Positions 1 through 9,800 of a stretch of DNA of 64,000 nt are shown one piece after another. The notes under the pieces were generated by a model. The model was not told where the DNA came from. It did no database searches and saw only the letters and a program-made list of their open reading frames with translations. This stretch comes from Antedon mediterranea. Taxonomy: Eukaryota; Animalia; Echinodermata. The stretch covers positions 12,395,812 through 12,459,811 of the forward strand of contig NC_092675.1 in the NCBI RefSeq assembly GCF_964355755.1. The letters run 5' to 3'. The position numbers were made by a program, and so were the translations under genes. Within the stretch, counting starts at the first letter, position 1, and every line of letters begins with the position of its first letter.

Positions 1-1261
1 GAGAAAGAGATAGATCAGCCAGAGAGAGATAGATCAGCCAGAGAGAGAAAGATCAGCGAGAGAGAGATAGATAGATCAGCGAGAGAGAGAGAGATAGATA
101 GATCAGCGAGAGAGAGACAGATCAACGAGAGAGAGAAAGATCAGCGAGAGAGAAATAGATCAGCGAGAGAGAGATAGATCAGCGAGAGAGAAAGATAGAT
201 AGATCAGCGAGAGAAAGATATATCAGCGAGAGAGAGATAGATCAGCGAGAGAGAGATAGATCAGCAAGAGAGAGATAGATCAGCGAGAGAGAGAGAGATA
301 GATAAGCGAGAGAGAGATAGACCAGCGAGAGAGAGATAGATCAGCAAGAGAGAGGTAGATTAACGAGAGAGAGAGAGAGATAGATCAGCGAAAGAGAGAG
401 ATAGATCGGCGAGAGAGAGATAGATCAGCGAGAGAGAGATAGATCAGCGAGAGAGAGATAGATCAGCGAGACAGAGATAGATCAGCGAGGGAGAGATAGA
501 TCAGCGAGCGAGAGATAGATCAGCGAGAGAGAGAAAGATCAGCGAGAGAGATAGATCAGCGGGAGAGAAATAGATCAGCGAGAGAGAGATAGATCAGCGA
601 GAGACAGAGATCAGCGAGAGAGAGATAGATCAGCGAGAGAGAGATAGATCAGCGAGAGAGATAGATCAGCGAGAGAGAGAGAGATAGATCAGCAAGAGAG
701 AGAGATAGATCAGCAAGAGAGAGATAGATCACCCAGAGAGAGATAGATCAGCGAGAGAGAGAAAGATCAGAGAGAGAGATAGATCAGCGAGAGAGAGATA
801 GATCAGCAAGAGAGAGATAGATCAGCCAGAGAGAGAAAGATCAGCGAGAGAGAGAAAGATCAGAGAGAGGGAGATAGATCAGCGAGAGAGAGATAGATCA
901 GCGAGAGAGAGATAGGTCAGCGAGAGAGAGATAGATCAGCGAGAGATAGATAGATCAGCGAGACAGAGAGAGATAGATCAGAGAGATAGATAGATCAGCG
1001 AGAGAGAGATAGATAGATCAGCGAAAGGGAGATAGATCAGCGAGAAAGAGATAGATCAGCCAGAGAGAGATAGATCAGCCAGAGAGAGAAAGATCAGCGA
1101 GAGAGAGATAGATAGATCAGCGAGAGAGAGATAGATAGATCAGCGAGAGAGAGACAGATCAACGAGAGAGAGAAAGATCAGCGAGAGAGAAATAGATCAG
1201 CGAGAGAGAGATAGATCAGCGAGAGAGAAAGATAGATAGATCAGCGAGAGAAAGATATATC
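1..1261 (+). repeat. Satellite array segment 1, 19-bp consensus monomer GATCAGC(GA)5TA; runs off the window start
   Basis: Tandem repetition of TAGATCAGCGAGAGAGAGA with period 19 (e.g. starts at 421, 440, 459). Variants differ in GA count or carry an extra GATA. Confidence 0.98.
1253..1261 (+). repeat. Target-site duplication AGATATATC at the 3' end of copy 1 (partner 3871-3879)
   Basis: The same 9-mer lies on both sides of the element and occurs once at the empty paralogous site 216-224. Its last 2 nt (TC) overlap the tail repeat. Confidence 0.85.
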
Positions 1262-1276
1262 TTTCTTTCTTTCTTT
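1261..1276 (-). repeat. 3' terminal microsatellite tail (AAAG)4 of LINE copy 1
   Basis: (CTTT)4 on the + strand at the element's 3' end, opposite in polarity to the purine-rich satellite. Simple-repeat tails are typical of RTE, RTEX, L2 and CR1 elements. Confidence 0.88.
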
Positions 1277-1355
1277 CTTGGAGATCCAAGAAACATTTAT
1301 TATATATGGCCTTTGGCCCAAATAATATACAATGTAATACAATATTAAATAAATA
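1274..1355 (-). promoter_or_regulatory. LINE 3' UTR with AATAAA and terminal stem-loop (putative RT recognition signal), copy 1
   Basis: Perfect inverted repeat TTTCTTGGA-GA-TCCAAGAAA (1274-1293), AATAAA on the minus strand (1296-1301) and a GGCC-TTT-GGCC hairpin core (1308-1318). Function is inferred. Confidence 0.6.
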
Positions 1356-3812
1356 TCAGTTGAGTGCGTTTAAAAATTCTGTTCTACGTTTATATGAAAA
1401 AAATAAATATTTTCCAAGTTTAACAATAAGATCAGTATTTGTGGCAGACATAAGATAAATATATTTTAATTTAGTTGGGTTGTTTGTATAAAAGGAAAAC
1501 ATATATTTTGTTCTAATATCTGAATAAAATGGACAAACTAAAGTGAAATGATATTCATCTTCAATTGATTGTAAAGCACATAATTTGCATAATCTTTCAT
1601 TTCTATTTATACAATTCCATCTTCCTTTTTCAATTTCTAATTCTAAAATTCCTAGTCGTATCTTAGTCATAATTTGTCTATGTTTGTAATTTGTTACTTT
1701 TGTTAGATATTCTTCAATCCCAAACTTATATTTAACGTGCTTGTAATATTGGAGCTTAGAGTGTAGCCTAGTATCTTCGTAGAATTTCTGTCGTTCAATG
1801 TCTGTAAGCCTTTGTTTAAAATTTGAAATAAAAGTATATATATTATTAACCTGTTGTGAGTACCATATGTTACCAAATCCATTTATGCATAGTATTTGTT
1901 TTACGTCATTGGCCCAACATTGCTCATTTCTTTGAGCTTTTCTATATTGAAAATCATAACATTGTTTAATAAATTTGTCATTATCCATTTGGATTACTCT
2001 AAGCCAATAACGAATTATATTAATGATAATTTGAATTTGGATAGTGAATCTTCCACATTCTCCTCTCACTGCAACACTTGGTGCAGAATTACCTATTCCT
2101 AGAATGTATTTACAGAATCTTAGATGAACTTTCTCTAATACTGATATATCATTTAAACCCCATATTTCGCTACCATAAAGTAAGATTGGCATAATCTTAG
2201 CATCAAATATATGGTTCCATATATTAACTTGGAGGTTACCAAAACGTCTATGGGTCAATCCTTTTAATGTGAACAAAGCCTTATTAGCTTGTTGACAATT
2301 GTATTCTTTGGCTTTATTCCAATTACCATTTGAGTTGAAAACAACTCCTAAATATTTAAAGGATTTGACAATGTCAACTGTATTTCCATTGTAATTCCAT
2401 TTTTCAAATTTGTTAAGATTACCACCATTCTTAAACACCATAATATTACTCTTGTTAACATTGACAGTTACTTCCCATCTTGTACAATAGGTAGATAACT
2501 TGTTTAAATAATATTGTAGCCCATAAACGGTATCACCAAATAACATAAGGTCATCTGCATAGAGTAAATGATTAATTTTTAGATTTCCTATTTGGATTCT
2601 ATGCTCGTCGCCTTCCTCATTTAATGTTTCACTCAAATCATTAATAAAAACATTAAATAAAAAAGACGAGAGTGGCGAACCCTGTTGTATACCTATTAGA
2701 CATTTGAAAGAATTACTAATATTGCCGTCGACCTTAACATGTGCTGATAACTTATTGTACATTGAATTAATAACGTTTAACATTTTTCCTTTTACTCCTG
2801 AATTTTTTAGTTTTATGTGAAGATATTGATGTCCTACAGAGTCAAAGGCTCGTTTAAAATCAATGAAAGCAACATATACTTTCCCACGTTTTTTTCCTAG
2901 GTATTTATTAATGATTGTGTTAAGAATAAATACATTATCCGATGTTCTGAACCCCTTTCTAAAACCGGCTTGTTCCTGATGTAGAATGTTATTATCTTCT
3001 GCCCAAAATTGTAATCTTTTATTGATAATATGTAAGAAAATTTTAGCAAAAACAGGAATAAGTGATATTCCTCTATAATTCTCTGGTTGTTCTTTGTCAC
3101 CTTTTTTAAATATTGGGACAATAAGGCTGGTTGCCCATTGCTGTGGAAACTGTCCTGTATTATAAATTATATTATATAATTTTGTTATTAGATTGATTAC
3201 ATTTTGAGATGAGTGTATAAAAAGTTCTGGTAATAATCCATCGATTCCAGGTGATTTACCTGTTTTTTGGGATTTAATGGCATGAATTACCTCATCTACT
3301 GTAATGTCATTATTTAGGTTAGGTTCGTTTTCATTTACAGCAGGTTCATCATTAATGATACTTTCTACATTTTGATTATCTCTATTTTCATCAATATGAA
3401 ATAAGGATTCGAAATGAGTGCGCCATGTATTAATACATATGTTACTTGGAAAATTTGGTTTTGTTTGTTTTAGTTTAATCCAGAATGATTTGGAGTTTTT
3501 TTCTCCTAATGATCTAATCAATTCTGTACGTGATCTTTTAATATAGCTGTATTTCTTATTTTTTATTAATGTTTTATATTCTTTTTTTATTTCCAGGTAT
3601 GCATTAAGCAATGTTTGTGTACGATTGTGTCGGAATCTATTTAAATTTCTTCGAACTTTGTTTTTAAGTGCAAGACATTGATTGTCATACCATGTGTCTT
3701 TAGCTTTAGTTGTTTTATTGTTGGAATTCCTATGGATAATTCCTTTACATGCATATTCATACAATCTACCTACAGTTGAAACCGCTTCATCAATTAGGTT
3801 ATCATTAATCAA
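1356..3812 (-). CDS. Non-LTR retrotransposon ORF2 fragment: linker, reverse transcriptase and C-terminal CCHC zinc knuckle; N-terminal endonuclease missing
   Basis: LINE RT motifs in order: KSPGIDG, W..S.IVPIFKKG, NYRGISL, QAGFRKG, FIDFKRAFDSV, GIQQGSPLS, LLYADD (YADD at 2550-2561), FKYLG, LLYGSEIWG, AVRGECGR, LEIEKGRW, and Cx2Cx9Hx4C (1533-1589). The listed start is a TTG codon and the frame stays open upstream to the junction, so this is a truncated ORF. Confidence 0.92.
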   Translation of the reverse strand: MINDNLIDEAVSTVGRLYEYACKGIIHRNSNNKTTKAKDTWYDNQCLALKNKVRRNLNRFRHNRTQTLLNAYLEIKKEYKTLIKNKKYSYIKRSRTELIRSLGEKNSKSFWIKLKQTKPNFPSNICINTWRTHFESLFHIDENRDNQNVESIINDEPAVNENEPNLNNDITVDEVIHAIKSQKTGKSPGIDGLLPELFIHSSQNVINLITKLYNIIYNTGQFPQQWATSLIVPIFKKGDKEQPENYRGISLIPVFAKIFLHIINKRLQFWAEDNNILHQEQAGFRKGFRTSDNVFILNTIINKYLGKKRGKVYVAFIDFKRAFDSVGHQYLHIKLKNSGVKGKMLNVINSMYNKLSAHVKVDGNISNSFKCLIGIQQGSPLSSFLFNVFINDLSETLNEEGDEHRIQIGNLKINHLLYADDLMLFGDTVYGLQYYLNKLSTYCTRWEVTVNVNKSNIMVFKNGGNLNKFEKWNYNGNTVDIVKSFKYLGVVFNSNGNWNKAKEYNCQQANKALFTLKGLTHRRFGNLQVNIWNHIFDAKIMPILLYGSEIWGLNDISVLEKVHLRFCKYILGIGNSAPSVAVRGECGRFTIQIQIIINIIRYWLRVIQMDNDKFIKQCYDFQYRKAQRNEQCWANDVKQILCINGFGNIWYSQQVNNIYTFISNFKQRLTDIERQKFYEDTRLHSKLQYYKHVKYKFGIEEYLTKVTNYKHRQIMTKIRLGILELEIEKGRWNCINRNERLCKLCALQSIEDEYHFTLVCPFYSDIRTKYMFSFYTNNPTKLKYIYLMSATNTDLIVKLGKYLFFSYKRRTEFLNALN

Positions 3813-3870
3813 GTTAGTTATTTCATTTTTAAGTTCATCGATTTTATTATGCTGTATAATATATAGATAT

Positions 3871-3879
3871 AGATATATC
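3871..3879 (+). repeat. Target-site duplication AGATATATC at the 5' end of copy 1
   Basis: Matches 1253-1261; the satellite resumes in register (AGCGAGAG...) directly after it. Confidence 0.85.
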
Positions 3880-6800
3880 AGCGAGAGAGAGATAGATCAG
3901 CGAGAGAGAGATAGATCAGCGAGAGAGAGATAGACCAGCGAGAGAGAGAGAGATAGATAAGCGAGAGAGAGATAGATCAGCGAACGAGAGAGATAGATAG
4001 ATCAGCGAGAGAGAGATAGATAGATCAGCGAGAGAGAGATAGATAGATCAGCGAGAGAGAGATAGATAGATCAGCGAGAGAGAAATTGATAGATCAGCGA
4101 GAGAGATAGATCAGCGAGAGAGAGATAGATAGATCAGCGAGAGAGAGATAGATAGATCAGCGAGAGAGAGATAGATCAGCGAGAAAAAGATAGATAGATC
4201 AGCGAGAGAGAGATAGATAGATCAGCGAGAGAGAGATAGATAGATCAGCGAGAGAGAGATAGATCAGCGAGAGAGAGAGATAGATAGATCAGCGAGAGAG
4301 AGATAGATCAGCGAAAGAGAGATAGATAGATCAGCGAGAGAGAGATAGATCAGCGAGAGGGAGATAGATCAGCGAGAAAGAGATAGATCAGCCAGAGAGA
4401 GATAGATCAGCCAGAGAGAGAAAGATCAGCGAGAGAGATAGATAGATCAGCGAGAGAGAGATAGATAGATCAGCGAGAAAGAGACAGATCAACGAGAGGG
4501 AGATATATCAGCGAGAGAGAGATAGATCAGCGAGAGAGAGATAGATCAGCGAGAGAGAGATAGATCAGCGAGAGAGAGAGAGATAGATAAGCGAGAGAAA
4601 GATAGACCAGCGAGAGAGAGATAGATCAGCAAGAGAGAGGTAGATTAACGAGAGAGAGAGATAGATAGATCAGCGAAAGAGAGAGATAGATCGGCGAGAG
4701 AGAGATAGATCAGCGAGAGAGAGATAGATCAGCGAGAGAGAGATAGATCAGCGAGACAGAGATAGATCAGCGAGGGAGAGATAGATCAGTGAGCGAGAGA
4801 TAGATCAGCGAGAGAGAGAAAGATCAGCGAGAGAGATAGATCAGCGGGAGAGAAATAGATCAGCGAGAGAGATATAGATCAGCGAGAGAGAGAGATCAGC
4901 GAGAGAGAGATAGATCAGCGAGAGAGAGATAGATCAGCGAGAGATATAGATCAGCGAGAGAGAGAGAGATAGATCAGCAAGAGAGAGAGATAGATCAGCA
5001 AGAGAGAGATAGATCACCCAGAGAGAGATAGATCAGCGAGAGAGAGAAAGATCAGAGAGAGAGATAGATCAGCGAGAGAGAGATAGATCAGCAAGAGAGA
5101 GATAGATCAGCCAGAGAGAGAAAGATCAGCGAGAGAGAGAAAGATCAGAGAGAGAGAGATAGATCAGCGAGAGAGAGATAGATCAGCGAGAGAGAGATAG
5201 GTCAGCGAGAGAGAGATAGATCAGCGAGAGATAGATAGATCAGCGAGAGAGAGAGAGATAGATCAGAGAGAGAGATAGATCAGCGAGAGAGATAGATCAT
5301 CGAGAGAGAGATAGATCAGCGAGAGAGAGATATATCAGCGAGAGAGAGATAGATCAACGAGAGAGAGATAGATCAGCGAGAGACAGATAGATCAGCGACA
5401 GACAGATAGATCAGCGAGAGAAAGATAGATCAGCGAGAGACAGATAGATCAGCAAGAGACAGATAGATCAGCGAGAGAGAGATAGGTCAGCGAGAGAGAG
5501 ATAGATAGATCAGCGAGAGAGAGATAGATCAGCGAGAGAGAGATAGATAGATCAGCGAGAGAGAGATAGATAGATCAGCGAGAGGGAGATAGATCAGCGC
5601 GAAAAATATAGATAGATCAGCAAGAGAGAGATAGATAGATCAGCGAGAGAGATAGATAGATCAGCGAGAGAGAGATAGATCAGCGAGAGAGAGATAGACA
5701 GATCAGCGAGAGAGATAGATAAGCGAGAGAGATAGATAGATCAGCGAGAGAGAGATAGATCAGCGAGAGAGAGATAGATCAGCGAGAGGGAGATAGATAG
5801 ATCAGCGAGAGATAGATAGATAGATCAGCGAGAGAGAGATAGACAGATCAGCGAACGAGAGATAGATCAGCGAGAGAGATATAGATAGATCAGCGAGAGA
5901 GAGAGATAGATAGATCAGTGAGAGAGAGATAGATAGATCAGCGAGAGAGAGATAGATAGATCAGCGAGAGAGAAATTGATAGATCAGCGAGAGAGAGATA
6001 GATCAGCGAGAGAGAGATAGATAGATCAGCGAGAGAGAGATAGATCAGCGAGAGAGAGATAGATCAGCGAGAGTGAGATAGATCAGCGAGAGAGAGATAG
6101 ATCAGCGAGAGAGAGATAGATAGATCAGCGAGAGAGAGATAGATCAGCGAGAGAGAGATAGATAGATCAGCGAGAGGGAGATAGATCAGCGCGAAAAATA
6201 TAGATAGATCAGCAAGAGAGAGATAGATAGATCAGCGAGAGAGATAGATAGATCAGCGAGAGAGAGATAGATCAGCGAGAGAGAGATAGACAGATCAGCG
6301 AGAGAGATAGATAAGCGAGAGAGATAGATAGATCAGCGAGAGAGAGATAGATCAGCGAGAGAGAGATAGATCAGCGAGAGGGAGATAGATAGATCAGCGA
6401 GAGATAGATAGATAGATCAGCGAGAGAGAGATAGATAGATCAGCGAACGAGAGATAGATCAGCGAGAGAGATATAGATAGATCAGCGAGAGAGAGAGATA
6501 GATAGATCAGTGAGAGAGAGATAGATAGATCAGCGAGAGAGAGATAGATAGATCAGCGAGAGAGAAATTGATAGATCAGCGAGAGAGAGATAGATCAGCG
6601 AGAGAGAGATAGATAGATCAGCGAGAGAGAGATAGATAGATCAGCGAGAGAGAGATAGATAGATCAGCGAGAGAGAGATAGATCAGCGAAAGAGAGAGAG
6701 ATAGATCAGAGAGATAGAGAGATAGATCAGCGAGAGAGAGAGATAGATCAGCCAGAGAGAGATAGATCAGCGAGAGAGAGAAAGATCAGAGAGAGAGAGA

Positions 6801-9800
6801 GAGAGAGATAGATCAGCGAGAGATAGATAAGCGAGAGAGAAATAGATCAGCGAGAGAGAGATAGATCAGCCAGAGAGAGATAGATCACCGAGAGAGCGAA
6901 AGATCAGCGAGAGTGAGATAGATCAGCGAGAGAGAGATAGATCAGCGAGAGCGAGAGAGATAAATCAGGGAGAGAGAGATAGATCAGCGAGAGAGAGATG
7001 GATAGATCAGCGAGAGAGAGATAGATCAGCGAGAGAGAGATAGATCAGCGAGAGTGAGATAGATCAGCGAGAGAGAGATAGATCAGCGAGAGCGAGAGAG
7101 ATAAATCAGGGAGAGAGAGATAGATCAGCGAGAGAGAGATGGATAGATCAGCGAGAGAGAGATAGATAGATCAGCGAGAGAGAGAGATAGATCAGCGAGA
7201 GAGAGATATATAAATCAGCGACAGAGAGATAGATCAGCGAGAAAGAGATAGATAGATCAGCGAGAGAGAGATAGATAGATCAGCGAGAGAGAGATAGATA
7301 GATCAGCGAGAGAGAGATAGATCAGCGAGAGAGAGAGATAGATCAGCGAGAGAGAGATAGATCAGCGAGAGAGAGATAGATCAGCGAGAGTGATATAGAT
7401 CAGCGAGAGAGAGATAGATCAGCGAGAGCGAGAGAGATAAATCAGGGAGAGAGAGATAGATCAGCGAGAAAGAGATGGATAGATCAGCAAGAGAGAGATA
7501 GATAGATCAGCGAGAGAGAGATAGATCAGCGAGAGAGAGATAGATAAATCAGCGAGAGAGAGATAGATTAGCGAGAAAAAGATAGATAGATCAGCGAGAG
7601 AGAGATAGATAGATCAGCGAGAGAGAGATAGATCAGCGAGAAAGAGATAGATACATCAGCGAGAGAGAGATAGATACATCAGCGAGAGAGAGATAGATAC
7701 ATCAGCGAGAGAGAGATAGATACATCAGCGAGAGAGAGATAGATCAGCGAGAGAGAGATAGATAGATCAGAGAGAGAGAGAGATAGATAGATCAGCGAGA
7801 GAGAGATAGATAGATCAGCGAGAGAGAGATAGATCAGCAAGAGAGAGATAGATAGATCAGCGAGAGGGAGAGATAGATCAGCGAGAGAGAGATAGATCAG
7901 CGAGAGAGAGATAGATCAGCGAGAGAGAGATAGATCAGAGAGAGAGAGAGATAGATCAGCGAGAGAGAGAGATAGACCAGTGAGAGAGAGATAGATCAGC
8001 GAGAGAGAGGTAGATTAGCGAGAGAGAGACAGATCAGCGAGAGAGAGAGATAGATCGAGGAGAGAGAGAGATGGATAGATCAGCGAGAGAGAGATAGATA
8101 GATCAGCGAGAGAGAGATAGATAGATCAGAGAGAGAGAGATAGATAGATCAGCGAGAGAGAAATTGATAGATCAGCGAGAGAGAGGTAGATCAGCGAAAG
8201 AGAGATAGATAGATCAGCGAGAGAGAGATAGATAGATCAGCGAGAGAGAGATAGATCAGCGAGAGAGAGAGAGAGAGAGAGATAGATCAGCGAGAGAGAG
8301 AGATAGATCAGAGAGAGAGAGAGATAGACCAGCCAGAAAGAGATAGATCAGCGAGAGAGAGAAAGATCAGAGAGAGAGATAGATCAGCGAGAGAGAAATA
8401 GATCAGCGAGAGAGAGATAGATCAGCCAGAGAGAGATAGATCACCGAGAGAGCGAAAGATCAGCGAGAGAGAGATAGATAGATCAGCGAGAGAGAGATAG
8501 ATAGATCAGCGAGAGAGAGATAGATCAGTGAGAGAGAGAGATAGATCAGCGAGAGAGAGATAGATCAGCGAGAGAGAGATAGATCAGCGAGAGAGAGATA
8601 GATCAGCGAGAGCGAGAGAGATAGATCAGCGAGAGAGAGATAGATCAGCGAGAGAGAGAGATAGATCAGCAAGAGAGAGATAGATCAGCGAGAGAGAGAT
8701 AGATCAGCGAGAGAGAGAGAGATAGATCAGCGAGAGAGAGATAGATCAGCGAGAGAGAGATAGATCAGCGAGAGTGAGATAGATCAGCGAGAGAGATAGA
8801 TCAGCGAGAGCGAGAGAGATAAATCAGCGAGAGAGAGATAGATCAGCGAGAGAGAGATGGATAGATCAGCGAGAGAGAGATAGATAGATCAGCGAGAGAG
8901 AGATAGATCAGCGAGGGAGAGATAGATAGATCAGCGAGAGAGAGATAGATCAGCGAGAAAGAGATAGATAGATCAGCGAGAGAGATATATCAGCGAGAGT
9001 GAGATAGATAGATCAGCGAGAGAAAGATAGATAGATCAGCGAGAGAGAGAGAAAGATAGATAAGCGAGAGAGAGATAGATCAGCGAGAGAGAGATAGATA
9101 GATTAGCGAGAGAGAGATAGATAGATCAGCGAGAGAGAGATAGATAGATCAGCGAGAGGGAGATAGATCAGCGAGAAAGAGATAGATCAGCCAGAGAGAG
9201 ATAGATCAGCCAGAGAGAGAAAGATCAGCGAGAGAGAGATAGATAGATCAGCGAGAGAGAGATAGATAGATCAGCGAGAGAGAGACAGATCAACGAGAGA
9301 GAGAAAGATCAGCGAGAGAGAGATAGATCAGCGAGAGAGAGATAGATCAACGAGAGAGAGAGATAGATAGATCAGCGAGAGAGAGATATATCAGCGAGAG
9401 AGAGATAGATCAGTGAGAGAGAGATAGATCAGCGAGAGAGAGATAGATCAGCGAGAGAGAGAGAGAGATAGATAAGCGAGAGAGAGATAGACCAGCGAGA
9501 GAGAGATAGATCAGCGAGAGAGAGGTAGATTAGCGAGAGAGAGAGATAGATCAGCGAGAGAGAGAGATAGATCGGCGAGAGAGAGATAGATCAGCGAGAG
9601 AGAGATAGATCAGCGAGAGAGAGATAGATCAGCGAGACAGAGATAGATCAGCGAGGGAGAGATAGATCAGCGAGCGAGAGATAGATCAGCGAGAAAGAGA
9701 TAGATCAGCGAGACAGATAGATCGGCGAGAGAGAAATAGATCAGCGAGAGAGAGATAGATCAGCGAGAGAGAGAGATCAGCTAGAGAGAGATAGATCAGC

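Larger units (their letters stand above)
1262..3870 (-). mobile_element. 5'-truncated non-LTR retrotransposon (LINE), probably RTE/RTEX group, copy 1
   Basis: AT-rich 2.6-kb island in the satellite, containing an RT frame, a short 3' UTR with AATAAA and an (AAAG)4 tail. It is flanked by the direct repeat AGATATATC (1253-1261 and 3871-3879). There are no LTRs, and the frame runs to the 5' junction without an ATG. The clade call is by motif recognition only. Confidence 0.93.

Noticed and set aside
1896-2102. 68-aa + strand ORF (also 29948-30154)
   Set aside because: Antisense shadow of the RT frame with a non-ATG start and no recognisable motif.
2897-3121. 74-aa minus-strand ORF (also 30949-31173)
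   Set aside because: Alternative frame nested in the RT domain, with no independent support.
1356-3812. RT that synthesises the surrounding satellite (telomerase-like or telomere-maintaining element)
   Set aside because: No template for the 19-mer is visible in the element, there are no TERT motifs, and the element interrupts a pre-existing array, as the TSD and empty paralogous site show.
3810-3812. Genuine start codon of an 818-aa protein
   Set aside because: The codon is TTG, and the frame continues upstream (…IQHNKIDELKNEITN-L) to the truncation junction.
3682-3933. 83-aa + strand ORF crossing the LINE/satellite junction (also 31734-31985)
   Set aside because: Chance antisense frame running into translated satellite (REIDQRERDR).
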